From NCBI GenBank assembly GCA_964016885.1, contig OZ024759.1, positions 36,270,001 through 36,334,000 of the forward strand: DNA of 64,000 bases, read 5' to 3'. Positions 61,035 through 64,000 of this stretch are shown here, in pieces; the stretch's first letter is position 1; each line of letters begins with the position of its first letter. The translations under genes and the position numbers were made by a program. This DNA is from Eledone cirrhosa (taxonomy: Eukaryota). The notes beneath the pieces were generated by a model. It worked only from the letters and a program-made list of their open reading frames with translations, was not told the DNA's origin and ran no database searches.

Positions 61035-61662
61035 ATTAGTTATATATATATATATATATATAAATATATAATTGGCTATATATATATATATATATGGTGT
61101 ATATGGTGTATATAACTTGCTATAGTGTTTGATGTTTTATATTTTCAATAGGAAGCACTGCTGGATCTGTTGCTTTAATGACTGGCTCTGTAGGAAATGC
61201 CCTTGCCTCCCTCTCCTTTGATTCTGATTATAAAAAGGTAACTATTTATATAATTATATCTTTAAAATACCTATCTTTGTAGTGCAGCATTTACCAACTG
61301 AGAGCACTTGTTATGTTTACATCCACGTTTTGCTCACCTATTCCCACCTGATTTCAAATGTTTACACTCAGTTGCTGTTAGTACTCATTACTCTATGTAC
61401 TATACATGCACCTTTGATGAGTTGTAGTGCACCTGAGCACTGTACACAATAATTTTCATTACTATTATAAAAACTTACCAAATCCGATTGCATCAATTTG
61501 AAACCCCATGAGAATTACTGCTATCTATGTCATTGTAGAAGCGTCGAACTCGAGTGATGCAACAACCAGAAAGCCTACCAGAAACTCTTGCAATTGGAAC
61601 GAGAGGTTTCATTTATGGAGTTGCTCTTGGACTTTCTGGAATTATCCTTGATCCAATAAAAG
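871..61662 (+). CDS. VPS13: VPS13A/C-like intermembrane lipid transfer protein, partial gene (60 exons in window, about 2575 aa; N- and C-termini outside window)
   Basis: Hand-spliced GT-AG exons keep one open frame. VPS13 motifs recognised: [97 protein letters not shown]. Confidence 0.95.
3617..3835 (+). mobile_element. tRNA-derived SINE family 1 (partial copies also at ~1705, 4280, 6200, 7737, 15260, 25800(-), 41090(-), 58115)
   Basis: A-box tggcagtatcagtaga, B-box gagttcaaatcc, central gcctttcatcct..gggtcgataaaataaagtacc, (ATT)n tail. Confidence 0.85.
3872..4195 (-). mobile_element. R4/Dong-like non-LTR retrotransposon 3' end (RLE domain C-terminus)
   Basis: Minus strand reads [10 protein letters not shown]...[12 protein letters not shown]...[11 protein letters not shown], then a short UTR into (TAA)n. 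Confidence 0.65.
4813..5028 (+). mobile_element. piggyBac-like MITE (TTAA TSD, TIR CCCTTTAGCATTTA)
   Basis: ttaa-ccctttagcattta...taaatgctaaaggg-ttaa. Confidence 0.88.
5363..5539. repeat. Fold-back inverted repeat (~83-bp arms) next to (TA)n
   Basis: Arms are reverse complements except a TG/CA difference. Confidence 0.95.
5401..5459 (-). ncRNA. Hammerhead core inside fold-back palindrome 5363..5539
   Basis: Reverse complement CTGACGA-ATGA...TCAT-GAAACC-TTT-GGTA; the stem I 5' strand is replaced by the inverted arm. Confidence 0.5.
5717..5804 (+). CDS. VPS13: VPS13 exon 2
   Basis: ttcag|...|gtgaga; [29 protein letters not shown]. Confidence 0.9.
5991..6200 (+). mobile_element. piggyBac-like MITE, right TIR lost
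   Basis: ttaaccctttaccattta plus family body. Confidence 0.75.
6312..6600 (+). mobile_element. LINE ORF2 C-terminal fragment (RTE-like)
   Basis: [24 protein letters not shown]...MRDR. Confidence 0.7.
6642..6840. repeat. 72-bp tandem repeat (~2.7 copies) ending at the exon 3 acceptor
   Basis: taacatacactccagatgtgtctctagtaaactacagatgtttctat... Confidence 0.9.
6841..6958 (+). CDS. VPS13: VPS13 exon 3
   Basis: aacag|...|gtgagt; [19 protein letters not shown]...DYKQLP. Confidence 0.85.
7374..7542 (+). CDS. VPS13: VPS13 exon 4
   Basis: ctcag|...|gtacgc; [32 protein letters not shown]. Confidence 0.88.
8340..8487 (+). CDS. VPS13: VPS13 exon 5
   Basis: tacag|...|gtaagt; [15 protein letters not shown]...RENS. 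Confidence 0.82.
9170..9227 (+). CDS. VPS13: VPS13 exon 6 (FFAT-like loop)
   Basis: aacag|...|gtaagt; [18 protein letters not shown]; needed to restore phase between exons 5 and 7. Confidence 0.8.
9365..9850 (-). mobile_element. RTE-like LINE 3' fragment (related: 43880..44010, 48975..49315, 57970..58075)
   Basis: Minus strand reads [38 protein letters not shown]. Confidence 0.7.
9959..10197 (+). CDS. VPS13: VPS13 exon 7
   Basis: tgcag|...|gtaagt; ASDIKSV...[14 protein letters not shown]. Confidence 0.88.
10297..10512 (+). mobile_element. piggyBac-like MITE
   Basis: TTAA-flanked TIRs. Confidence 0.88.
10964..10999 (-). ncRNA. Hammerhead motif, family A copy (element ~10890..11100)
   Basis: Reverse complement TCTT-CTGATGA-AGGACTAGCATCC-GAAAC-GTT-AAGA. 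Confidence 0.6.
11222..11295 (+). CDS. VPS13: VPS13 exon 8
   Basis: ttcag|...|gtatga; [24 protein letters not shown]. Confidence 0.85.
11320..12362. repeat. 30/34-bp minisatellite
   Basis: ctactatgtagctactacagttctatctcc. Confidence 0.95.
12492..12631 (+). CDS. VPS13: VPS13 exon 9
   Basis: tccag|...|gtgact; [31 protein letters not shown]. Confidence 0.85.
12949..13061 (+). CDS. VPS13: VPS13 exon 10
   Basis: tccag|...|gtatgt; [11 protein letters not shown]...MVSLTA. Confidence 0.78.
13311..13418 (+). CDS. VPS13: VPS13 exon 11
   Basis: attag|...|gtaaga; [35 protein letters not shown]. Confidence 0.85.
13549..15255 (-). mobile_element. piggyBac-like MITE with internal 72-bp tandem array (~21-22 copies)
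   Basis: MITE ends flank the array; the unit equals the MITE 5' internal sequence. Confidence 0.85.
15528..15631 (+). CDS. VPS13: VPS13 exon 12
   Basis: atcag|...|gtaagt; [25 protein letters not shown]...IYPN. Confidence 0.85.
15903..15941 (+). CDS. VPS13: VPS13 exon 13 (39 nt)
   Basis: ttcag|...|gtatgt; [13 protein letters not shown]. Confidence 0.78.
16263..16379 (+). CDS. VPS13: VPS13 exon 14
   Basis: ttcag|...|gtaagt; FIYYSK...[21 protein letters not shown]. Confidence 0.85.
16495..16628. repeat. Fold-back inverted repeat centred on CTGATGA...GAAAC
   Basis: aagtagttccacaa...ttgtggaactactt; (TA)n follows. Confidence 0.93.
16692..16752 (-). ncRNA. Hammerhead motif, family B
   Basis: Reverse complement TATCTTAT-CTGATGA-GAAC-GTACCAAA(GT)TTTGGTAC-CCTT-GAAACATAGATA-ATAGAATA. 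Confidence 0.55.
16968..17295 (+). mobile_element. RTE LINE 3' end with (ATG)n tail (related: 35548..35730)
   Basis: [20 protein letters not shown]...[12 protein letters not shown]. Confidence 0.85.
17394..17471 (+). CDS. VPS13: VPS13 exon 15
   Basis: ttcag|...|gtttgt; [26 protein letters not shown]. Confidence 0.8.
17586..17768 (+). mobile_element. SINE family 1
   Basis: Same A/B boxes and body. Confidence 0.85.
18106..18317 (+). CDS. VPS13: VPS13 exon 16
   Basis: accag|...|gtaaat; [33 protein letters not shown] (RBG repeat P-x-x-x-I-P signature). Confidence 0.9.
18397..19107. repeat. 23-bp minisatellite containing TTAGGG (~31 copies)
   Basis: gtctgttagggtagagaggtaga. Confidence 0.95.
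19540..19758 (+). mobile_element. SINE family 1, tail abuts the exon 17 acceptor
   Basis: Full-length copy between (ATT)n tracts. Confidence 0.87.
19777..19924 (+). CDS. VPS13: VPS13 exon 17
   Basis: tacag|...|gtaact; AELSLADD...ILDPVNL...[10 protein letters not shown]. Confidence 0.87.
20009..20260 (+). mobile_element. piggyBac-like MITE
   Basis: TTAA-flanked TIRs; small internal TIR-like duplication. Confidence 0.85.
20413..20500 (+). CDS. VPS13: VPS13 exon 18
   Basis: ttcag|...|gtaagt; [22 protein letters not shown]. Confidence 0.87.
21330..21612 (-). mobile_element. LINE ORF2 C-terminal fragment
   Basis: [12 protein letters not shown]...LVLWKP...[10 protein letters not shown]. Confidence 0.68.
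21759..21922 (+). CDS. VPS13: VPS13 exon 19
   Basis: taaag|...|gtcagt; GYHFPTK...[14 protein letters not shown]. Confidence 0.78.
21975..22222. repeat. 69-bp tandem repeat (~3.5 copies) of a dispersed-repeat end
   Basis: gtgccccagcatggcc...gctggaacacgtaa. Confidence 0.88.
22288..24197. repeat. 51-bp minisatellite (~37 copies)
   Basis: ccaaggcctcaatagacccaagtcatctgctccataa(c/t)at(a/g)gcagaggtaa. Confidence 0.97.
24469..24710 (+). mobile_element. piggyBac-like MITE
   Basis: TTAA-flanked TIRs; ttatctcacataa x3. Confidence 0.88.
24807..24958 (+). CDS. VPS13: VPS13 exon 20
   Basis: tctag|...|gtaaaa; [13 protein letters not shown]...[10 protein letters not shown]. Confidence 0.82.
25354..25567 (+). 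mobile_element. piggyBac-like MITE
   Basis: TTAA-flanked TIRs. Confidence 0.87.
26083..26180 (+). CDS. VPS13: VPS13 exon 21
   Basis: atcag|...|gtaaaa; VLKIVK...[16 protein letters not shown]. Confidence 0.82.
26252..27310. repeat. 16-bp minisatellite
   Basis: gtctcacctctacact. Confidence 0.95.
27780..28051 (+). CDS. VPS13: VPS13 exon 22
   Basis: tctag|...|gtaaat; [23 protein letters not shown]...IADPEIVFF. Confidence 0.88.
28528..28644 (+). CDS. VPS13: VPS13 exon 23
   Basis: tctag|...|gtagga; AGMRLDYFY...[17 protein letters not shown]. Confidence 0.85.
28613..29250 (+). repeat. 52-bp tandem array (12 units) spanning the exon 23 5' splice site
   Basis: tatggtcagtttgacgacagttctaacaag|gtaggtaactgtctatagtaat. 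Confidence 0.95.
29501..29665 (+). CDS. VPS13: VPS13 exon 24
   Basis: ttcag|...|gtgagt; IIYPSDITF...[12 protein letters not shown]. Confidence 0.88.
29796..29901 (+). CDS. VPS13: VPS13 exon 25
   Basis: tttag|...|gttttt (weak donor); KKENH...[16 protein letters not shown]. Confidence 0.78.
30290..30462 (+). CDS. VPS13: VPS13 exon 26
   Basis: ttcag|...|gtatac; [15 protein letters not shown]...[19 protein letters not shown]. Confidence 0.87.
30658..30846 (+). mobile_element. SINE family 1
   Basis: Full-length copy. Confidence 0.85.
30918..31046 (+). CDS. VPS13: VPS13 exon 27 (WEP motif)
   Basis: tctag|...|gtaacc; [17 protein letters not shown]. Confidence 0.95.
31135..31532. repeat. (CTA)n/(CCA)n low-complexity tract (similar at 12680..12920, 17785..18075, 37140..37455); many (TA)n/(CA)n/(GA)n tracts throughout
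   Basis: Direct observation. Confidence 0.95.
31593..31806 (+). CDS. VPS13: VPS13 exon 28
   Basis: tttag|...|gtaagt; MVQAASQ...[16 protein letters not shown]. Confidence 0.82.
32739..32954 (+). CDS. VPS13: VPS13 exon 29
   Basis: ttcag|...|gtaggg; acidic [17 protein letters not shown]...; donor position less certain. Confidence 0.72.
33700..33920 (-). mobile_element. piggyBac-like MITE (reverse orientation)
   Basis: ttaaccctttaacattta...taaatgttaaagggttaa. Confidence 0.87.
34444..34586 (+). CDS. VPS13: VPS13 exon 30
   Basis: tgtag|...|gtgagt; [19 protein letters not shown]. Confidence 0.85.
34735..34863. repeat. Fold-back inverted repeat of a (TA)n-embedded element (other pieces 27385..27490, 28218..28268, 48235..48275, 53100..53230)
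   Basis: taggaacgagtaggaccccgacggc...gccgtcggggtcctactcgttccta. Confidence 0.92.
34893..35013. repeat. Fold-back inverted repeat, family C hammerhead-like element
   Basis: acaggactagaactgtttcattc...gaatgaaacagttctattcctgt; single-arm copy at 31860..31980. Confidence 0.9.
35287..35358 (+). CDS. VPS13: VPS13 exon 31
   Basis: tcaag|...|gtaagt; ALMAPTG...SLQLINE. Confidence 0.8.
35832..35873 (+). CDS. VPS13: VPS13 exon 32 (42 nt)
   Basis: accag|...|gtaatt; [14 protein letters not shown]. Confidence 0.77.
36003..36112 (+). CDS. VPS13: VPS13 exon 33
   Basis: cttag|...|gtaaga; [12 protein letters not shown]...TSPDD. Confidence 0.78.
36190..36650. repeat. 47-49-bp tandem array derived from SINE-like family 3
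   Basis: ccagtccacactgtaaggtggtcatgtaggagacacagtgaaaaggctc, running into the family body. Confidence 0.9.
36979..37120 (+). CDS. VPS13: VPS13 exon 34
   Basis: tgcag|...|gtaagt; [12 protein letters not shown]...QMSLQ. Confidence 0.8.
37508..37582 (+). CDS. VPS13: VPS13 exon 35
   Basis: ttcag|...|gtgagt; [25 protein letters not shown]. Confidence 0.82.
37700..37840. repeat. 18-bp tandem array resembling a Tc1/pogo-type MITE subterminal repeat (related end at ~1300..1376)
   Basis: gggtcagcttatattcaa; ends cggcttatgttcaagtatatacag versus cggcttatattcaagtataaacggta. Confidence 0.7.
37897..37977 (+). CDS. VPS13: VPS13 exon 36
   Basis: ttcag|...|gtaaaa; [19 protein letters not shown] (VAB repeat boundary). 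Confidence 0.87.
38247..38449 (+). CDS. VPS13: VPS13 exon 37
   Basis: ttcag|...|gtaagt; [12 protein letters not shown]...SYQIPL...LFVSP. Confidence 0.87.
39075..39186 (+). CDS. VPS13: VPS13 exon 38
   Basis: tatag|...|gtaaat; [13 protein letters not shown]. Confidence 0.85.
39335..39469 (+). CDS. VPS13: VPS13 exon 39
   Basis: ttcag|...|gtaata; [17 protein letters not shown] (VAB motif). Confidence 0.92.
39802..39891 (+). CDS. VPS13: VPS13 exon 40
   Basis: tttag|...|gtagat; [20 protein letters not shown]. Confidence 0.85.
40374..40592 (+). CDS. VPS13: VPS13 exon 41
   Basis: tgtag|...|gtaaat; [15 protein letters not shown]. Confidence 0.92.
40987..41070 (+). CDS. VPS13: VPS13 exon 42
   Basis: cacag|...|gtttgt; [13 protein letters not shown]. 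Confidence 0.85.
41322..41528 (+). mobile_element. piggyBac-like MITE nested in a SINE at TTAA
   Basis: SINE ctggggtggat-TTAA[MITE]TTAA-tccactttt; intact copies read ctggggtcgatttaatc. Confidence 0.9.
41629..41739 (+). CDS. VPS13: VPS13 exon 43
   Basis: tccag|...|gtgagt; [12 protein letters not shown]. Confidence 0.92.
41850..41992 (+). mobile_element. tRNA-derived SINE family 2 (copies ~2430..2710, 38865..39040, 40050..40195(-), 42205..42390)
   Basis: tggcttagtggttagag A-box, gagttcaat B-box, ccttgagcaagacactt core-like segment. Confidence 0.75.
42385..42953. repeat. 47-bp minisatellite (~12 near-identical copies)
   Basis: tgtgttggggagagaactgagtgaagccaagctgagctagacagagc. Confidence 0.95.
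43259..43411 (+). CDS. VPS13: VPS13 exon 44
   Basis: tccag|...|gtaagt; [15 protein letters not shown]. Confidence 0.92.
44056..44181 (+). CDS. VPS13: VPS13 exon 45
   Basis: tgtag|...|gttagt; CVPYWP...TVLRMENG. Confidence 0.9.
45051..45184 (+). CDS. VPS13: VPS13 exon 46
   Basis: tacag|...|gtgagc; [15 protein letters not shown]. Confidence 0.9.
45846..45981 (+). CDS. VPS13: VPS13 exon 47
   Basis: cctag|...|gttagt; [22 protein letters not shown]. Confidence 0.92.
46192..46456. repeat. Inverted duplication of a CR1-like 3' fragment with a (TA)n spacer
   Basis: ~120-bp near-perfect arms. Confidence 0.92.
46658..46751 (+). CDS. VPS13: VPS13 exon 48
   Basis: actag|...|gtattt; [10 protein letters not shown]. 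Confidence 0.83.
46930..47272 (+). mobile_element. Two tandem SINE family 1 copies, tail abuts the exon 49 acceptor
   Basis: Partial plus full copy. Confidence 0.8.
47280..47443 (+). CDS. VPS13: VPS13 exon 49
   Basis: ttcag|...|gttagt; [17 protein letters not shown]. Confidence 0.93.
48037..48072 (-). ncRNA. Degenerate hammerhead motif, family A
   Basis: Reverse complement TCTT-CTGATGA-AGGACTAACGCCC-GGAAC-ATA-AAGA (GAAA mutated). Confidence 0.4.
50140..50370 (+). mobile_element. SINE family 1
   Basis: Full-length copy in a (TTA)n tract. Confidence 0.83.
51845..52228. repeat. 384-bp perfect palindrome (192-bp arms, no spacer)
   Basis: Axis at 52036/52037 (cagaaataa|ttatttctg); no mismatch seen by eye. 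Confidence 0.95.
52120..52185 (+). ncRNA. Hammerhead motif, family B (mirror copy at 51888..51953 on minus)
   Basis: TATTTTGT-CTGAGGA-AGG-CATAACATATT(TTT)AATATGATATC-CCT-GAAATATATATA^ATGAAATA. Confidence 0.6.
52442..52565. repeat. Fold-back inverted repeat, family C hammerhead-like element
   Basis: ...aaatcatcag-gaatct-ctgatgattt... Confidence 0.92.
52712..53092 (+). mobile_element. SINE family 1 with 5 tandem 45-bp A-box heads
   Basis: gggcggtggattggcagtatcggtagagggtcagacgccatgcta x5, then B-box and body. Confidence 0.87.
53540..53925 (-). mobile_element. R4/Dong-like RLE endonuclease fragment (degenerate)
   Basis: Minus strand reads [37 protein letters not shown]...KEKEK..DLKWEL, a PD-(D/E)xK motif. 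Confidence 0.7.
53995..54240 (+). CDS. VPS13: VPS13 exon 50 (start of WWE-like domain)
   Basis: tatag|...|gtaagt; [12 protein letters not shown]...[10 protein letters not shown]...WLEERW. Confidence 0.9.
54285..54830 (-). mobile_element. CR1-like LINE 3' end with 5 x 61-bp internal tandem copies (3' UTR pieces also ~5830, 30180, 40895, 46050, 61390)
   Basis: Minus strand reads [22 protein letters not shown]; UTR ctgagcactgtacacaataat. Confidence 0.72.
54890..55024 (+). CDS. VPS13: VPS13 exon 51
   Basis: ttcag|...|gtaaat; [20 protein letters not shown]...KIQRLQ. Confidence 0.9.
55255..56440. repeat. 47-bp minisatellite derived from RTE ORF2 sequence
   Basis: gaggacatgtggtgctacatggtagtgagacatgggctgtgtctgta; reads LHGSETWAV. 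Confidence 0.92.
56616..56767 (+). CDS. VPS13: VPS13 exon 52
   Basis: ttcag|...|gtaaac; [11 protein letters not shown]...PKPFLE. Confidence 0.93.
56939..57441 (+). mobile_element. piggyBac-like MITE with ~6 copies of the same 72-bp unit, right end truncated
   Basis: Left TIR, then array, then family 3' body. Confidence 0.83.
57520..57619 (+). CDS. VPS13: VPS13 exon 53
   Basis: tccag|...|gtaagg; [15 protein letters not shown]. Confidence 0.92.
58224..58289 (+). CDS. VPS13: VPS13 exon 54
   Basis: ttcag|...|gtaagt; [22 protein letters not shown]. Confidence 0.77.
58452..58517 (+). ncRNA. Hammerhead motif, family B (element ~58375..58655)
   Basis: TATTTTAT-CTGATGA-AAG...CTT-GAAATATGTATA^ATAAAATA; 8-bp perfect stem I. 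Confidence 0.65.
58897..58953 (+). CDS. VPS13: VPS13 exon 55
   Basis: tccag|...|gtatgt; [11 protein letters not shown]. Confidence 0.9.
59090..59365 (+). mobile_element. SINE family 1 (tail plus full copy)
   Basis: Family motifs. Confidence 0.78.
59391..59527 (+). CDS. VPS13: VPS13 exon 56
   Basis: tttag|...|gtaatg; FHVSFSL...[11 protein letters not shown]. Confidence 0.9.
60189..60384 (+). CDS. VPS13: VPS13 exon 57
   Basis: ttcag|...|gtaatt; [26 protein letters not shown]...FYEP. Confidence 0.95.
60723..60798 (+). CDS. VPS13: VPS13 exon 58
   Basis: ttcag|...|gtaagg; [25 protein letters not shown]. Confidence 0.92.
61152..61237 (+). CDS. VPS13: VPS13 exon 59
   Basis: aatag|...|gtaact; [17 protein letters not shown]. 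Confidence 0.92.
61539..61662 (+). CDS. VPS13: VPS13 exon 60 (ATG2_C-like helices)
   Basis: tgtag|...|gtaagt; [19 protein letters not shown]. Confidence 0.92.
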
Positions 61663-61855
61663 GTAAGTTGTAGTTTCAGTTCCTCCACTTTCATCCCCTA
61701 CATCTTGGTCATTGTAACATCTGTACACACACATTATATATATGTGTGTGTGTGTATATATATATATATATACACACACATATATATACATATATATATA
61801 TACACACACACATTATATATATGTGTGTGTGTGTGTATATATATATGTATATATA

Positions 61856-61927
<72 letters not shown>

Positions 61928-62259
61928 AATTAATAAAAACAAAGAACAAGTTCCTTATATTAAAAAATTCATCATTTTACGATTGTTTCTAGGATATATA
62001 TGTGTTAGTGTTGGTATGTATATCATATAGATCTATGTAAAAATATTACAAACTATCAGAGGAAATATACATACCTACACATATATATACTGTCTTCAGA
62101 AATGATGAGATTTGTTTATTGAAAAAAACCAACAAAGACTTAATATAATAGGTCTGTTTGGGAACAGGTTTTGAATTGACCAATGGAAAAGTAGTAAGTG
62201 GTCAAGTTGATAGAATAGTAGTAGTAGAAATTTAATTTAGGGGTAGAGGGGTGCAGACT

Positions 62260-62661
62260 TATGTTTTGAATAGAAAGAATACTTTGGGGATGAAAAGAGG
62301 TCAAGGTTGAAAAGAGGTCAAGCCTGTGAAGGGTACACGAAATTTTGAAGTACCAGTAATACACTGGGTAATTTGCTGGTCTTGTGCCTAAAGTAGAAAC
62401 AGTTATTAAAGAATAGTGTTAAAAACGAAGGAAAGAGTAGTAGTTAGAAATACCAATCTTATATAAACTACAAGGAATCTAGATTCATAACAGGAAATTA
62501 AATTAATTTATATGGTATTTCTCACTTACCCTAAAATTTTACTTTCTTTTGTTTTTAACACTATTCTTTAATAACATTTTTGTGTACCCTTCACCAGCTT
62601 GACCTCTTTTCATCCCCAAAGTATTCTTTTCATTCAAAGTATTCTTTTTATTCAAAACATG
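62260..62661. repeat. Older imperfect inverted repeat, left arm interrupted by a SINE tail
   Basis: atactttggggatgaaaagaggtcaag / cttgacctcttttcatccccaaagtat; ttattaaagaatagtgttaaaaac / gtttttaacactattctttaataa. Confidence 0.8.
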
Positions 62662-62902
62662 GTAGATTTATATACATATATATATGTATATCCATGTGTA
62701 TGCTTGTATGTAACTATATGTTGACAGCACCCCGCCCAACTGTGACTGATAGCACCCCTTATTTTTCATTGTTTATTTTATTATTTTTATTTTTATTTTT
62801 ATTTTTATTTTTACTTTTACTTCCTTAATATCCTTTATCTTCTATTATTTTTCATTCTTCAATGTCTTGGATTTGTTATTGCTTGTGTGGTATGTAATTA
62901 AC

Positions 62903-62960
62903 CTTTATGCTCTGATGAGTCCCACTTATAGTGCGGATGAAACAATGTTAGCAAGTAAAG
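62903..62960 (+). ncRNA. Type I hammerhead ribozyme motif with bulged stem I
   Basis: CTTTA-TGCT-CTGATGA-GTCC-CACT(TAT)AGTG-C-GGAT-GAAAC-AAT-GTT^AGCA-AG-TAAAG. Confidence 0.7.
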
Positions 62961-63544
62961 ATATGCATATGCTATAGGCGTTCTTTGTTATTTATTATAT
63001 CACGGCTCTGTCCTCAGACATCGAGCTAACCTTATACTGCCTGCTGGATAAGTGGAGTGTTATACACCCCTGATCCTCTCCCTAGTATACTATGTATATA
63101 TATATGTATGTATATATATATATGTATATATATTATATATATATATATAATGTATATATATATATATATGTATGTATATATATGTATATATATGTATATA
63201 TATATGTATATATATATGTATAATATATATGTATATATATATATATATATATACCAAATCAGTTCTTGTATGAGCAAGGCATGGTCAGCCGACCAGACAC
63301 TGCCCACAACAGGACAGCCCGTCTAACCCATGCTAGCGTGGAAGAACGGACGTAAAACGGTGATGATGATGATGATGATATGTATATATATATATATATC
63401 ATCATCATCATCATCATCGTTTAATGTCCATCTTCCACGCTTGCATATATATATATATATGCATATATATATATATATGTATATATATATGTGTATATAT
63501 ATGTGTATATATATGCATATATATATATGTATCATCATCATCAT

Positions 63545-63815
63545 CATCATCGTTTAACGTCCATGTTCCACGCTCGCATGGGTTTGGACGGGAGTTTTCC
63601 CCACTTGAGGCAAGAGTGATTGTCTTGCTCGCATAGGACTGTCTGGCGGGTTTTCTACAGTTGGATGCCCTTCCTAACACCAACCACATTTACAGTGTGG
63701 GTCTGGGAGGTTTTTACCGTGTTGCCTACACGGCCACATTACAGCGTGGACTGTGTGTTTTTTTTGTCATGACACCTACACGATCTCATTTGTTTCGGCC
63801 TGGATGTTGTGGCAC
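63545..63815 (-). mobile_element. RTE-tailed SINE-like family 3 (copies ~8110..8295, 25010..25272, 36190..36765, 42020..42182, 44380..44565)
   Basis: ggttggtgttaggaagggcatcca...aacccatgc..gcgtggaa..ggacgttaaa(tga)n, tail shared with the RTE fragments. Confidence 0.72.
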
Positions 63816-63826
63816 CAATATATATG

Positions 63827-63888
<62 letters not shown>

Positions 63889-64000
63889 TGTGTGTGTATA
63901 TATATATGTATATATATATATGTGTATATATATGTGTATATATATGTGTATATATATGTGTATATATATGCATATATATATGTGTGTATATATATGTGTA

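Overview
AT-rich, microsatellite- and SINE-dense animal genomic DNA; the repeat landscape suggests a coleoid cephalopod such as Octopus (inference). The window lies inside one large + strand gene, a VPS13A/C-type bridge-like lipid transfer protein. I traced 60 GT-AG exons by hand (871..61662, 7727 nt, about 2575 codons, phases consistent, no stops); both gene ends lie outside the window. Introns hold a TTAA-flanked piggyBac-like MITE family, tRNA-derived SINEs, RTE/CR1/R4-Dong-like LINE fragments and many minisatellites, several visibly born from TE pieces or splice junctions. The main unexplained structure is a set of short (TA)n-embedded elements carrying hammerhead-ribozyme motifs (CTGANGA...GAAA). 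Five of them are fold-back palindromes whose symmetry axis sits on or within a few nt of the CTGANGA core, consistent with Penelope-like or retrozyme-type retroelements. The long repetitive ORFs in the ORF track are minisatellite artefacts.
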